This document shows, in pieces, positions 48,384 through 59,470 of a stretch of DNA of 64,000 bases. The notes under the pieces are model-generated. The model was not told where the DNA came from. It did not search any database and saw only the letters and a list, made by a program, of their open reading frames with translations. A program made the translations under genes and the position numbers. The first letter of the stretch is position 1. Every line of letters starts with the position of its first letter. Source of the stretch: SAR202 cluster bacterium (GTDB lineage Bacteria > Chloroflexota > Dehalococcoidia > Lucifugimonadales > UBA6952); the NCBI GenBank assembly GCA_009392515.1, contig VFGE01000026.1, positions 2,322-66,321 of the forward strand, read 5' to 3'.

Positions 48384-49793
48384 ATGAAAACATTTATATT
48401 TATAAGATATATTTATACTGTAATGTTCATTACTATAATAAATCTTGTAGTATCCATCATTAGTTTTTTTTATGTGCTACTTAACGGTGACCCTTTTACA
48501 TATTTGGTAATTTTTTCTTTTTGGATTGGTTTATCATTAATTTCACTCATTTCATTATATAAATGGTACAACAATTTCCAATCTAGGGACCTTCTTATGT
48601 CACAATTGCCAAATATTGCCGAAGGTTTTGGAGAAGGCCATTCTCCAAGAGATATTCAAGAAATATATTTGAGTGCTGAGACGCAGGAATTAGTTGATCT
48701 GTTATTACCTGTTCGTTCATTGGTTAATAATATTATATCCATGATATTTAGCTTCAAATTTGAACAAGACACCTTAGAAGCTTTATTAGAAGCGATGGCA
48801 GATGGAGTATTACTTGTTGATACAGAAGGCCAAATTCTTAGAATGAATTCTGCTGCTTCTCAATTACTTTACATCGATAGCGATCAATTAAAATCTAATC
48901 AAAGTTTTATGGGACTTGTTTTTGATCATGAACTTGCAAATTTAGTTCATCTAGCTTTAGAAAATAATAGTATAGCTCAAGATGAAATAGAATTACTTCG
49001 TCCAAACAAGATCATGGACGCTATAGTAACTCCTATACAAAATTCTACTAATCAAGAAGTTGTTATAACACTACATGATCTAACAGAAATAAGACGAATC
49101 AATACAACAAGAAAAGAATTCGTAAACAACGTATCACATGAACTAAAGACTCCTCTTACAGCCGTTAAGGCAATGGTTGAAACAATGGAAAATGGAGTTC
49201 TTCCTAAAAGTAGGCAAAAAGAATATTTTACGAAAATTAATGATGAAATTGATCGAATGACCACTATAGTAACTGAACTATTAAAATTATCTGGCATTGA
49301 AAGAGATAATTACCAAGAAAGTTTTGATACAGTCGACATTAATAAATTAGTGTCTCAGGTAAGTGATAATTTTAAAGATATTCTCGAAAAGAAATTAATT
49401 TTATTGGAATTAGATTTATTCCCTTCTCCTCTAGTAATAAATTGCAATCAGTACCATATCACAGAAGTGATCACCAACTTAATCGATAATGCGACAAAAT
49501 TCACTCCTGAAAATGGAGTAATTACTTTGGCAACAAAATCTTCAGATGACTTTGTTATTGTTCAATGTAAAGATACTGGTATTGGAATTTCTGAAGAAGA
49601 CATGCCTCATATATTTGAACGTTTTTATAAAGTTGATAAATCTCGTTCTGATACAGGAACTGGATTAGGGTTATCTATAGCTAAACATATTTTGGAAAAC
49701 CATCAAGGTAATATTGTAGTTAATAGTAACGTTAATGATGGCTCTGAGTTTATAATTACTTTACCTCTTGATAAAACAAATATTACCCCATAA
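48384..49793 (+). CDS. sensor histidine kinase (PhoR/SenX3-like)
   Basis: 469-aa ORF with two N-terminal TM helices, a PAS-like segment, the H-box SHELKTPLTAV, and N/G boxes (DNATKFTP, DTGIGI, GTGLGLSI). Confidence 0.88.
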   Translation: MKTFIFIRYIYTVMFITIINLVVSIISFFYVLLNGDPFTYLVIFSFWIGLSLISLISLYKWYNNFQSRDLLMSQLPNIAEGFGEGHSPRDIQEIYLSAETQELVDLLLPVRSLVNNIISMIFSFKFEQDTLEALLEAMADGVLLVDTEGQILRMNSAASQLLYIDSDQLKSNQSFMGLVFDHELANLVHLALENNSIAQDEIELLRPNKIMDAIVTPIQNSTNQEVVITLHDLTEIRRINTTRKEFVNNVSHELKTPLTAVKAMVETMENGVLPKSRQKEYFTKINDEIDRMTTIVTELLKLSGIERDNYQESFDTVDINKLVSQVSDNFKDILEKKLILLELDLFPSPLVINCNQYHITEVITNLIDNATKFTPENGVITLATKSSDDFVIVQCKDTGIGISEEDMPHIFERFYKVDKSRSDTGTGLGLSIAKHILENHQGNIVVNSNVNDGSEFIITLPLDKTNITP

Positions 49794-49903
49794 TAGCGAT
49801 CTTTATACGTTCATCGAATGTTAATAAATCGTTAAAATAAATATACCAGTACAAACCCTATAATTATTAATATAGAAATTAAATAAGTTATAGGGAGATA
49901 CAA

Positions 49904-50881
49904 TTGATAAATATTTTCAAACATACTGGAAAAACCATAAGACTAACGTCTTTATTAATAATTTTATCAATGTTACTTTTCGCAGTTGCCTGTAGCTCCG
50001 ATAATAAAGATGAAAATGGTATAAGTGAAGGTTTGGAAGGTGTGATTGAAATTGATGGTTCAAGTACTGTGTATCCAATTACTGAAGCAGTAGCTGAAGA
50101 GTATCGCAAGAAAGAAAAGGATGTTCAGGTTAATGTTGCAGTTTCTGGTACTGGAGGAGGGTTTAAGAGATTTTGTCCTGGTGAAACTGATATTTCCAAT
50201 GCTTCTCGACCAATCAAGGAGAAAGAACAACAACTTTGTGAAGCAAATGGGGTAGAGTATGTTGATGTGACTATTGCTCTCGACGGTCTTTCTGTACTAG
50301 TTAGTCCTAAAAATGATTTTGTGGATTGTTTAACAATAGAAGAACTAAACAATATGTGGAAACCAGAATCTACAATCAATAACTGGAAAGATGTTAGGGC
50401 AGGATTCCCAGATAAGGAATTAGTACTTTATGGTCCAGATACAGATTCAGGAACATTTGATTACTTTACTGACGAGGTAAATGGTGACGAAGGTGTTTCA
50501 CGATCAGACTATACCGCATCTGCTGATGATAACGTTTTGGTTACAGGTATCTCTGGTTCCGCAGGATCTTTGGGATACTTTGGTTACGCATACTATGTTG
50601 AGAATATAGATAAATTAAAAGCTGTTGGTATTGACGCTGGTAATGGTTGTGTAATTCCAAGTAATGACACTGTAGCAGGTGGTGCATATCCATTAGCAAG
50701 ACCCATTTACCTTTATATCGATCCAGCTAAATTGAATAAATATGAACATGTTTCTGATTTTGTCGAATTCTATATGGATCATGTAGCTGAGCTTTCAGAA
50801 GAAGTAGGGTACACTGCTTTGCCTAGTTATGCTGATCAGATTGCAAAAATTAATGCAGCTAAACTACAACCAAGTAACTAA
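49904..50881 (+). CDS. pstS: phosphate ABC transporter substrate-binding lipoprotein
   Basis: 325-aa ORF with a signal peptide and lipobox (LFAVACSS), plus IDGSSTVYP and SGTGGGF. TTG start with GGGAG upstream. Confidence 0.9.
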   Translation: MINIFKHTGKTIRLTSLLIILSMLLFAVACSSDNKDENGISEGLEGVIEIDGSSTVYPITEAVAEEYRKKEKDVQVNVAVSGTGGGFKRFCPGETDISNASRPIKEKEQQLCEANGVEYVDVTIALDGLSVLVSPKNDFVDCLTIEELNNMWKPESTINNWKDVRAGFPDKELVLYGPDTDSGTFDYFTDEVNGDEGVSRSDYTASADDNVLVTGISGSAGSLGYFGYAYYVENIDKLKAVGIDAGNGCVIPSNDTVAGGAYPLARPIYLYIDPAKLNKYEHVSDFVEFYMDHVAELSEEVGYTALPSYADQIAKINAAKLQPSN

Positions 50882-50895
50882 ATGGAAAGACTGAT

Positions 50896-51828
50896 ATGCT
50901 TAACAATCAAGCAGAATTCAAAAACAAGACACACATGGGGCTGTCAAAACGACGAGTAATTACTGGTAAAATTGCAGAAATAGTTTTCTTTTTATGTGCT
51001 GTTATTTCAATTATCACTACTGTAGGGATTGTAGTAAGTTTATTATCACAATCTCTATATTTCTTTTTTGAAGTCACTTTATGGGAGTTTTTAACAGGTA
51101 CGCGATGGGCGCCTATCCTCAAACCTCAGAGTTTTGGAGTTTTGCCCTTAGTCACGGGTACGTTATTAGTCTCAGGTATAGCGGCTCTTTTTGCTGTTCC
51201 AATAGGTTTAGCTACGGCAGTTTTTCTATCAGAATATGCTCCTGATCGAGTTCGTAAAATCGCAAAACCATTTCTTGAAATACTTGCGGGTATTCCAACA
51301 GTTGTATACGGGTATTTTGCTTTAACTTTTGTTACACCTAAATTACAGATTATTTTACCTGACTTAATTATTTTTAATGCTTTAAGCGCAGGTTTAGTTA
51401 TGGGTTTGATGATTATTCCAATGGTTTCATCACTGAGTGAAGATGCTATGGTTTCAGTATCTCGTTCTTTAAGAGAGGGAGCTTATGCACTAGGTGCGAC
51501 ACGTAGTGAAGTTGCATGGAAAGTCGTTGTTCCTGCCGCTTTATCTGGTATTGTTGCATCTTTCATCTTAGCAATTTCTCGAGCAATAGGTGAAACAATG
51601 CTTGTCACTATTGCAGCAGGAGCTACCCCACGTATGTCTTTAGACCCTTTGCAAAGTATTCAAACAATGACTGCTTTTATCGTACAACTTAGTCTTGGAG
51701 AAACCCCTCATGGGTCAATTGAGTATAATACTATTTTTGCTGTCGGATTACTCTTATTTGTCATGACATTAACTATGAATCTGATTGGTCATTTGATTGT
51801 TAGAAAATGGCAACAGGTGGATAAATAA
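50896..51828 (+). CDS. pstC: phosphate ABC transporter permease PstC
   Basis: 310-aa polytopic ORF with the EAA-like motif [13 protein letters not shown]. Lies between pstS and pstA. Confidence 0.9.
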   Translation: MLNNQAEFKNKTHMGLSKRRVITGKIAEIVFFLCAVISIITTVGIVVSLLSQSLYFFFEVTLWEFLTGTRWAPILKPQSFGVLPLVTGTLLVSGIAALFAVPIGLATAVFLSEYAPDRVRKIAKPFLEILAGIPTVVYGYFALTFVTPKLQIILPDLIIFNALSAGLVMGLMIIPMVSSLSEDAMVSVSRSLREGAYALGATRSEVAWKVVVPAALSGIVASFILAISRAIGETMLVTIAAGATPRMSLDPLQSIQTMTAFIVQLSLGETPHGSIEYNTIFAVGLLLFVMTLTMNLIGHLIVRKWQQVDK

Positions 51829-52718
51829 TGATTAAAAACATTCTTAAAAAAGAAAACTATAACCAAAATCTTAATAGCCGTTATACTAAGGGTAAATTAT
51901 ATTTCACAGTATTCTTTACTGCCTTGATGATAGCTATTATCGGATTGGCCATACTCCTTTTTCAAATAATTTCACAGGGAACAGAAATGTTAAGTTGGAC
52001 TTTCGTTTCCAGTTATCCATCTCGTTTTCCTGAAAAAGCTGGAATTTTGTCAGCACTAGTTGGATCCATATGGCTTATGGGACTTACTGGAATATTTGCT
52101 GTTCCACTTGGTATAGGTACTGCTGTTTATCTTGAAGAGTACGCTCCCAAAAATAAATTCACTCAATTCCTAGAAATTAATATTTCAAATCTGGCAGGAG
52201 TACCATCTATAGTATATGGTTTGTTAGGTCTTGCTGTTTTTGTTGGAGCTTTGAATATGGGGCGAACTTTGATAGCAGGAGCCTTAACTATGGCTTTACT
52301 AGTTATGCCAATTGTTATCCTTGCATCTCGAGAAGCTATTAAACAAGTACCTTATTCACATAGAGAAGCAGCCTATGCTCTTGGTGCTACTCGTTGGGAA
52401 GTAGTAAGGTCAGTTGTTCTTCCATCTGCAATTCCTGGAATCATGACTGGAGCAATATTGTCGATGTCCAGAGCAGTTGGAGAAGCTGCCCCAGTTTTAG
52501 CTGTTAGTGCGCTAGTATATTTAACTTTTGTCCCTACAGATCCTTTTGATAGATTTACTGTTATGCCAATACAAATATATAATTGGGTGTCTAGACCACA
52601 GGATGGGTTTAGAGAGCTTGCTGCCTCAGGAATAATATTGCTTTTGGTTTTACTCTTATCAATGAACTCAATAGCAATTTACATTCGTAGCAAATATCAA
52701 AATAAATCGGAGGAATGA
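51828..52718 (+). CDS. pstA: phosphate ABC transporter permease PstA
   Basis: 296-aa polytopic ORF with the motif [13 protein letters not shown]. Confidence 0.9.
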   Translation: MIKNILKKENYNQNLNSRYTKGKLYFTVFFTALMIAIIGLAILLFQIISQGTEMLSWTFVSSYPSRFPEKAGILSALVGSIWLMGLTGIFAVPLGIGTAVYLEEYAPKNKFTQFLEINISNLAGVPSIVYGLLGLAVFVGALNMGRTLIAGALTMALLVMPIVILASREAIKQVPYSHREAAYALGATRWEVVRSVVLPSAIPGIMTGAILSMSRAVGEAAPVLAVSALVYLTFVPTDPFDRFTVMPIQIYNWVSRPQDGFRELAASGIILLLVLLLSMNSIAIYIRSKYQNKSEE

Positions 52719-53491
52719 TGGTAACCGATGAATATATATTAAGTTCTGATAACCTGAATGTTTATTATGGTAATTTTCAGGCTCTTGCTAATGTCTCAAT
52801 TAAAATAAAACCAAACATTGTAACAGCATTAATCGGTCCATCTGGTTGTGGTAAAAGTACCTTGCTTCGATGTTTTAATCGTATGAATGATCTTATACCA
52901 ATATTCTCATTAGATGGTTCTATCAAATATAAATCTCAGGAGTTGTATGATGATACAACTGACGCTACAAATATTAGATCACAGATAGGAATGGTTTTTC
53001 AGAAACCTAATCCATTTCCTAAAAGTATATACGATAATGTAGCTTTTGGTTTGAAAATTAATGGGTATACAGGTAATTATGATGAAGCAATTGAAAATTC
53101 ATTACGAAGAGCAGCATTGTGGGAAGAAGTTAAAGACAGGCTCAACAAAAGTGCAATTGGTTTATCTGGTGGTCAGCAACAAAGACTTTGTATTGCCCGT
53201 GCTCTAGCTGTAAATCCTGAAGTTTTACTTATGGATGAACCTGCTTCTGCATTGGATCCCATAGGGACATTAGCAATTGAAGAATTGATACGTGAGTTAG
53301 CAGGAAGCGTCACAATTGTTATTGTAACTCATAATATGCAACAAGCAGCTCGTGTGTCTGATGAAACAGCATTTTTAATGGTAAATGATAATCGGGCTGG
53401 ATATTTAGTTGAACATGATTATACAGATAAAATATTCACCAACCCATCCGAAGAACGAACAGAGGCTTATATAACTGGCAGATTTAGTTAA
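52715..53491 (+). CDS. pstB: phosphate ABC transporter ATP-binding protein
   Basis: 258-aa ORF with Walker [10 protein letters not shown], signature [15 protein letters not shown], and Walker B LLMDEPAS. Confidence 0.93.
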   Translation: MMVTDEYILSSDNLNVYYGNFQALANVSIKIKPNIVTALIGPSGCGKSTLLRCFNRMNDLIPIFSLDGSIKYKSQELYDDTTDATNIRSQIGMVFQKPNPFPKSIYDNVAFGLKINGYTGNYDEAIENSLRRAALWEEVKDRLNKSAIGLSGGQQQRLCIARALAVNPEVLLMDEPASALDPIGTLAIEELIRELAGSVTIVIVTHNMQQAARVSDETAFLMVNDNRAGYLVEHDYTDKIFTNPSEERTEAYITGRFS

Positions 53492-53568
53492 ATACAGAGT
53501 GCTTGCAAAATAATAAAGATACTGATAAAGTCCCTTGAAATATAATTACAGCAAGGCAGGAGGTAATT

Positions 53569-54243
53569 ATGGAAAATAGAATGAGATCAGATTACAGTAA
53601 AAACCTACAGGCCTTGCAAGACGGATTATTGATTTTAGGAAGTATGGTTGATAAAGCAATCCATAAATCTATCCAATCTCTTAAAGATAGAAACTTACAA
53701 TTAGCACAAACAGTAATAGATGAAGATGATCTTATAGATCAAAAACGTTTTGAATTAGAAAATTCTGCAGTTACGTTACTGGCTACTCAATCGCCAATGG
53801 CTGCTGATTTACGTCTTATTATTTCAGCATTACATATTGCAGTAGAGCTAGAGCGTATGGGGGATTATGCAGAAGGTATAGCACGCATAAGCCAAACTAT
53901 TGGGGAACAACCCACTCTAAAACCATTAATTGATTTGCCCAAGATGACAGATTTAGCTACTGCAATGTTACGTAAAAGTTTATTAGCTTATACTTCTAGA
54001 GATATGGATTTAGCTATTGAAGTATGCAAGTCAGATGATGCTGTAGATTCGCTTTATGAGGATGTCTATCACGAACTTGTGGGATTTATGATTAAAGATC
54101 CAGATACCGTTCAAAGGGCTACATACTTACTGTGGGTATCTCATGATGTAGAACGAATAGCTGATCGTGCTACTAATATAGCCGAAAGAGTAATTTATTT
54201 AATTACTGGAGAACTTTCAGAAATAGATATTTCTACTTATTGA
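53569..54243 (+). CDS. phoU: phosphate signalling complex protein PhoU
   Basis: 224-aa ORF with two PhoU repeats, each carrying an E/D-xxx-D metal motif (ELERMGDYAEGIA, DVERIADRATNIA). Confidence 0.92.
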   Translation: MENRMRSDYSKNLQALQDGLLILGSMVDKAIHKSIQSLKDRNLQLAQTVIDEDDLIDQKRFELENSAVTLLATQSPMAADLRLIISALHIAVELERMGDYAEGIARISQTIGEQPTLKPLIDLPKMTDLATAMLRKSLLAYTSRDMDLAIEVCKSDDAVDSLYEDVYHELVGFMIKDPDTVQRATYLLWVSHDVERIADRATNIAERVIYLITGELSEIDISTY

Positions 54244-54391
54244 ACAAAATAATTACTTCTGTACTAGTTACCACTGGTACAAATCCCAAAAATGTGTATA
54301 ATTGCTGTAGATAAAATAAGAATATTCTGAATTTTACTAAATATTCTTCATGGTAATCGTATAAATATTAATAATATTTAAGGAGGCTTTT

Positions 54392-54988
54392 ATGAACTGG
54401 GTAGATTTAGTACTAGCAGTCGTAGGTATTTTTGCTCTCTATCAAGGATACAAAATGGGCTTAGTAGGTGCGTTATGTAACTTAGTGGGACTGTTTGTTG
54501 GTATATGGGTAGCTGCCAATTTCAATGACGTAATTATGGGTGCAATTTTGGAGCAAGGCAACATTGGCGTTTCACTTGCTACCTTACTTTCATACATCGT
54601 TATCATTGTGGGTGTTTTTATGGGTGCCCAAATTGTCCGAAGGATTATCAAAACAGCAATGAATATTGTTCTACTAGGATGGGTAGATAGTTTAGGGGCA
54701 GTTGTTGTAGGTGTTCTATTTGGGATACTTGCATGTGAAGCTGTGATTTTGGGATTTGCAAGAATGGCTAGCGATGCAACATATGAAGAACCAAATCCAG
54801 CTACAATTATTTCTGAAATGACAGGTCTAAGAGGAGCAGTTGCCGGTGGGTTAACAGAATCTTCCTTGACACCTTCATTTATTGAAATTGTTGAAGCAAT
54901 TCCTGCAAGTGCATTTGGAATGATTCCTGGTGACCTTGGTGCAGCTTTAGATGAAGTTGCAGCAGAAATTGAAGCTGTTAATGCATAA
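54392..54988 (+). CDS. CvpA-family membrane protein
   Basis: 198-aa ORF. The N-terminus MNWVDLVLAVVGIFALYQGYKMGLV and its four hydrophobic helices resemble CvpA. Confidence 0.75.
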   Translation: MNWVDLVLAVVGIFALYQGYKMGLVGALCNLVGLFVGIWVAANFNDVIMGAILEQGNIGVSLATLLSYIVIIVGVFMGAQIVRRIIKTAMNIVLLGWVDSLGAVVVGVLFGILACEAVILGFARMASDATYEEPNPATIISEMTGLRGAVAGGLTESSLTPSFIEIVEAIPASAFGMIPGDLGAALDEVAAEIEAVNA

Positions 54989-55012
54989 TATTCATTTGTA
55001 GATTTAATATCT

Positions 55013-55870
55013 ATGATAGAAAATAATATTCACATAGGGGGTCTCACATTAAAAGTGTTGTCTGACGGCATACTAGAGTTTGACCCCTGTGTGTTTTTCC
55101 CTTCAACTAATGAGGATGATTGGATTCCTCATAAATCCCATTTAAACAGTGATTCAAATGTGGTTTTTGAATTATCGTGCTATTTGATTAAATCTCAGTC
55201 CCATACTGTTCTAGTTGATACTGGGATGGGACCAAATCCCAATATAGAAGATCCAAATTTCCCAGAATTAAGTAATGCTTGGGGTATTTTTGATAAATCT
55301 TTATCTAAAAATCATATTGATCCCAGTGATATAGATCATGTTGTATTTACACACGCTCATCGTGACCATATTGGATGGGCTACCGTGGGTTCTGGTGATG
55401 ATATTACCCCTATGTTTCCTAATGCAACCTATTGGTTAAATGAAAAGGATTGGCAAGCAACTTATGACAAAACCATATCAAATAGATTCCCCAATGCTTC
55501 GACTAAATTATGGCCTTTGAAAGATTTTGAACAATTAAACTTCTATGATGAAAAAACAGAGATAATCCCAGAGATAAAGCTGATTCCATCTCCAGGCCAT
55601 TCTCCAGGTCATTATTGTATTCTAATTCAGTCCGAAGGGAAGGGCCTGTTAATACCTGGAGATCTACTTCACAATATTGCTCAGTTTGAGCATTTTGACT
55701 GGATTTCAAGAGCTGATATAGAACCTAATGCTACTATAAAATCACGAAAAACTATTTTTGAATTGATAGTGACTAATCAACTTATTGTAGCTGGGAGTCA
55801 TTTTGCCACCGGGTTTGGTACTTTAGATTATATAGACGGTCTATATAGATGGAGGGTGATTAAACTTTAA
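55013..55870 (+). CDS. MBL-fold metallo-hydrolase (lactonase-like)
   Basis: 285-aa ORF with the HxHxDH motif FTHAHRDHIGW and the later ligands SPGHSPGH and PGDLLH. Confidence 0.8.
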   Translation: MIENNIHIGGLTLKVLSDGILEFDPCVFFPSTNEDDWIPHKSHLNSDSNVVFELSCYLIKSQSHTVLVDTGMGPNPNIEDPNFPELSNAWGIFDKSLSKNHIDPSDIDHVVFTHAHRDHIGWATVGSGDDITPMFPNATYWLNEKDWQATYDKTISNRFPNASTKLWPLKDFEQLNFYDEKTEIIPEIKLIPSPGHSPGHYCILIQSEGKGLLIPGDLLHNIAQFEHFDWISRADIEPNATIKSRKTIFELIVTNQLIVAGSHFATGFGTLDYIDGLYRWRVIKL

Positions 55871-56850
55871 GGGAGTCGCATTAGTAAGTTGTCTAATGTG
55901 ATTCTCGTATTGCCATTATTGCGTAGATTATTAGAAGCTTTATCAATTATTTTTATAGACTCTATAATTTTTTTAAGTTCAAATTCGTTTTCTAATTCAG
56001 TTAATTCTTTTTCATAATCGATATTAACTATTAATTCATCAGAATTGGTTTTTAATAACATAACATCTCTTAGATAGCTTAACCACGTTTCTAGTGTGGT
56101 ATATATGCTATCCTTACTTTTATTAATATTATTACTCAATTGCTGTGATAATAGAAAGCGGTCAGCCATATCGCCATTGATTATTTGGTTAAATAAAGAG
56201 ATATCATGATTTCTTGTTTGTAAGAAATTTGTATCTGTATATGCTGTTATAGCCCATCCGAGACGACCTTTTGAAAGTTTTGAAATTAATTTAGTTTCCC
56301 TTGTGGCTTCATCATTTGAAATATCAAAATATTTAACTAAGTACTGATATATTTTTTCACTTGATAAAGGGTAGAGTTCTAGTTTTTGACACCTTGAAGG
56401 AATTGTAGTTAGTAAATATTTTTCATCGGTTGCACAGATTATAAATGTTACATTATTTGGGGGCTCTTCTAATATTTTGAGTAGTGCATTACTAGCTTCT
56501 ATTGTAAGGTCTTCTCCTTTAAGAAGTATGAAAGTTTTGGAAGTAGAAAGAAACGGGCTTAAAGAAACTTGTTCTTGTATCTCTCGTATTTCTCCAATTG
56601 TGTTCCCAACTAATATGACATCTGGGTGAGTACTGTCTTTAATCCTTATGCATTGGTCACATGTTTGGCATGGTTTTTTTTCTTCTAGGCAGTGTAAAAA
56701 CTTGGTTATTTCCAAAGACAATGTGGTTTTGCCGATATGTTCAGGCCCTAGTAATAGGTAGGCATGATTAATACGAGTCTTACTCATACTATTTTGAATT
56801 AGATTATATATGTGTTCTTGTCCAACAAAGTTCCACATGTGATTTATCAA
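55867..56850 (-). CDS. holB: DNA polymerase III delta-prime subunit
   Basis: 327-aa ORF with HAYLLLGPEHIGKTT, the Zn module CQTCDQC, and SRCQKLEL. Confidence 0.85.
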   Translation of the reverse strand: MINHMWNFVGQEHIYNLIQNSMSKTRINHAYLLLGPEHIGKTTLSLEITKFLHCLEEKKPCQTCDQCIRIKDSTHPDVILVGNTIGEIREIQEQVSLSPFLSTSKTFILLKGEDLTIEASNALLKILEEPPNNVTFIICATDEKYLLTTIPSRCQKLELYPLSSEKIYQYLVKYFDISNDEATRETKLISKLSKGRLGWAITAYTDTNFLQTRNHDISLFNQIINGDMADRFLLSQQLSNNINKSKDSIYTTLETWLSYLRDVMLLKTNSDELIVNIDYEKELTELENEFELKKIIESIKIIDKASNNLRNNGNTRITLDNLLMRLP

Positions 56851-58166
56851 AAAACTTCTAAAGATAATATATCATCATACGTTTCACGTTTTCTTATGAT
56901 TTCTGATTTTCCATCTTGAACGAGGATTACTGCAGGTTTTAAATTCATATTGTAATTACTGGACATAGGAATACAGTATGCACCGCTTGCTGGTATACAA
57001 ATTAAATCATTTTTCTCAATGTGTGGTAGATTAATATCTTTTATTAATATGTCTCCTGACTCACAATATTTGCCTGCTATAGTTACTATTTCTGTGTTTT
57101 CTTGATCAATTTTATTCAAAACTACGGCTTCATATTCTGATTCATATAAAGCAGGTCTGATATTATCCCCCATTCCTCCATCAACACTGACATATTTTCG
57201 TATATTGGGTATATCTTTTATTGAACCAACTCGATATATAGCAACTCCAGAAGGACCTGCGATAGCCCTACCTGGTTCGATTATTAATTTTGGTAATTCA
57301 ATATTATTTGATGCACATGCATTTTTTAGTGCATTGGTAATAATTTCTGCGTATTCTTTCACGCTAGGTGGATTTTCATTTTGCGTGTATGCAATGGCAA
57401 AACCGCCGCCGATACTAATTTCTGATAATTTAAAATTATACCTATTTGCCATATTCACAGCGAAATTCACAGAAATATCCATCGCGTCGTTGTATGGTTC
57501 TATTTCAAAAATTTGAGAACCTATGTGGCAATGTATTCCTAGAAGATCTAAACCATCTATTTCGAGACATTTTTTTATAGCTTTTTCCGCATCTCCAGTT
57601 TCAATAGCGAAGCCAAATTTACTATCCAATATACCTGTCGATATATAACTATGAGTATGTGGGTCAACACCAGGTGATATTCTAATCAAAGCCTTAATTG
57701 AGCAATTCTTACTCTTAATGATATTAGAAAGGTTTTCAATTTCGTCAAAGTTATCAATAATTATCCGACCGATATTGTTACTGATTACATATTCTAATTC
57801 CTCAGGTGATTTATTATTGCCATGCAGATGGATTTTCCCAGGATCCATACCGCCTTGTTTCGCTGCTATAAATTCACCTAAAGAAACTACATCCATACCC
57901 ATGCCTTCTTCTGAAAGAATTGAAGTTAATTTTTGATTAATAAATGCTTTGGAAGCATATGCCACATGTGTTTCTGGATATCTTGATCTAAATTCATGAA
58001 TGAATGTTTTGCATCGTTCTCGAATTGTATTGTCATCAAAGACATATAAAGGAGTTCCATAAGTATTTGCTAATTCAATTAAACTACATCCGCCTATAGT
58101 CATATCTTTACTAGGAACTACTTTAGTTGTATTTGGGAATATTTTTTCAATTTCTTTTGTAAACAT
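56847..58166 (-). CDS. lysA: diaminopimelate decarboxylase
   Basis: 439-aa ORF with the PLP-lysine motif AYASKAF, plus GGGF and CESGDIL. Confidence 0.92.
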   Translation of the reverse strand: MFTKEIEKIFPNTTKVVPSKDMTIGGCSLIELANTYGTPLYVFDDNTIRERCKTFIHEFRSRYPETHVAYASKAFINQKLTSILSEEGMGMDVVSLGEFIAAKQGGMDPGKIHLHGNNKSPEELEYVISNNIGRIIIDNFDEIENLSNIIKSKNCSIKALIRISPGVDPHTHSYISTGILDSKFGFAIETGDAEKAIKKCLEIDGLDLLGIHCHIGSQIFEIEPYNDAMDISVNFAVNMANRYNFKLSEISIGGGFAIAYTQNENPPSVKEYAEIITNALKNACASNNIELPKLIIEPGRAIAGPSGVAIYRVGSIKDIPNIRKYVSVDGGMGDNIRPALYESEYEAVVLNKIDQENTEIVTIAGKYCESGDILIKDINLPHIEKNDLICIPASGAYCIPMSSNYNMNLKPAVILVQDGKSEIIRKRETYDDILSLEVF

Positions 58167-58277
58167 AGTATTGTGATCCTTATTACTGTTCAGGTGTTAT
58201 TTATACATATATATTGTAACTGATTGAATATATCATGTTAATATCTGTAGTAAAAAAACTCTTTGAATTGTCGCAGA

Positions 58278-58305
58278 TTGTATAGGAATGTGTTTTTGTT
58301 ATAAT
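58278..58305 (+). promoter_or_regulatory. candidate promoter of proB (TTGTAT - 16 nt - TGTTATAAT)
   Basis: Perfect extended -10 element TGnTATAAT at 58297-58305. It overlaps the ATG at 58304, which argues for the proB start at 58349. Confidence 0.4.
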
Positions 58306-58348
58306 GCATTCAATTAATTTTATATATAGAAAAAAGAATTTCTTAATA

Positions 58349-59458
58349 ATGAAACGTTTAGTTGTAAAAGTTGGTACCAATCTTATCACTGATAAGTCAG
58401 GTAAATTAAATATAAAAGTTATGGAATCCATTGTTTCACAAATTTGCCATTTGCATAAACTTGGATATCAGATACTATTGGTGAGTTCAGGAGCAGTTGC
58501 AGCTGGGAAAGAAGCATTGGAAAATCCAATTCAAAGAAAAGATGTGCCTTTCAGGCAAATTCTTGCTTCTATAGGTCAAAGTCGTTTAATGAATATTTAT
58601 CAACAACTATTTGCAGAATATAATGTGATTGTTTCTCAGGCTTTATTAACACGCAAAGATATAGACGATAGAATTGGATATTTAAATATTAGAGATACTT
58701 TATTGGGGTTAATTGATCATAATGTAGTTCCAATAATTAACGAAAATGATGTTGTTAATACAGAAGAATTGGGAGAAATAATTTTTGGCGATAATGATAC
58801 TCTTTCAGCTTTGGTTTCAAATTTGATCGATGCAGATTCATTAATATTGCTTTCTGATATTGATGGACTATATACCGCGGATCCGATAAACAACAAAGAC
58901 GCAAAATTAATTAAACATGTAGATTTTAACGACTTCCAAATAGATGAATATGTAAAAGATGAAACAATACATGAGATGAGTAGAGGTGGAATGGTTGCGA
59001 AGATAGAAGCTGCTAAATTAGCAACTACTTGGGGGTCAACTGTATATATAGATTCTGGGTATAAAAAAACAGTATTAGTAGATATTATAAACAATAAACA
59101 AGAAGGTACAGTATTTGTATCATCAGGAGATAAAATAGAATCCAGAAGGCGTTGGTTATTAAGCGGACTAACACATAATGGGAAAGTGGAAATAGACTCA
59201 GGAGCAGTTGTGGCTTTAAAGACAAAAAATGGCAGCTTACTTCCTGCTGGAATAATAAAAATAGAAGGTCAGTTTGAAAAAGGAGATATAGTATATATTA
59301 TAGATTCTTTGGGGAATATTATTGGATGCGGGGTCTCAAATTATTCTTCGGTAGATGTCAATCAAATAAAAGGTATGAATTCAAAAGATATAAAAAATCA
59401 ATTTAATGAATTTACACATGATGAAATAATTCATCGAAATAATTTAGTAATACTATAA
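58349..59458 (+). CDS. proB: glutamate 5-kinase (with PUA domain)
   Basis: The N-terminus MKRLVVKVGTNLIT is typical of ProB. Has a C-terminal PUA-like domain. I prefer 58349 over the 58304 start in the ORF track. Confidence 0.92.
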   Translation: MKRLVVKVGTNLITDKSGKLNIKVMESIVSQICHLHKLGYQILLVSSGAVAAGKEALENPIQRKDVPFRQILASIGQSRLMNIYQQLFAEYNVIVSQALLTRKDIDDRIGYLNIRDTLLGLIDHNVVPIINENDVVNTEELGEIIFGDNDTLSALVSNLIDADSLILLSDIDGLYTADPINNKDAKLIKHVDFNDFQIDEYVKDETIHEMSRGGMVAKIEAAKLATTWGSTVYIDSGYKKTVLVDIINNKQEGTVFVSSGDKIESRRRWLLSGLTHNGKVEIDSGAVVALKTKNGSLLPAGIIKIEGQFEKGDIVYIIDSLGNIIGCGVSNYSSVDVNQIKGMNSKDIKNQFNEFTHDEIIHRNNLVIL

Positions 59459-59470
59459 AAAGGGATAAAC

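Noticed and set aside
58167-58348. A lysine riboswitch upstream of lysA.
   Set aside because: The minus-strand leader is only about 130-180 nt of nearly pure A/T sequence. It lacks the conserved L-box helices and the G-rich core. It looks like a plain divergent promoter region shared with proB.
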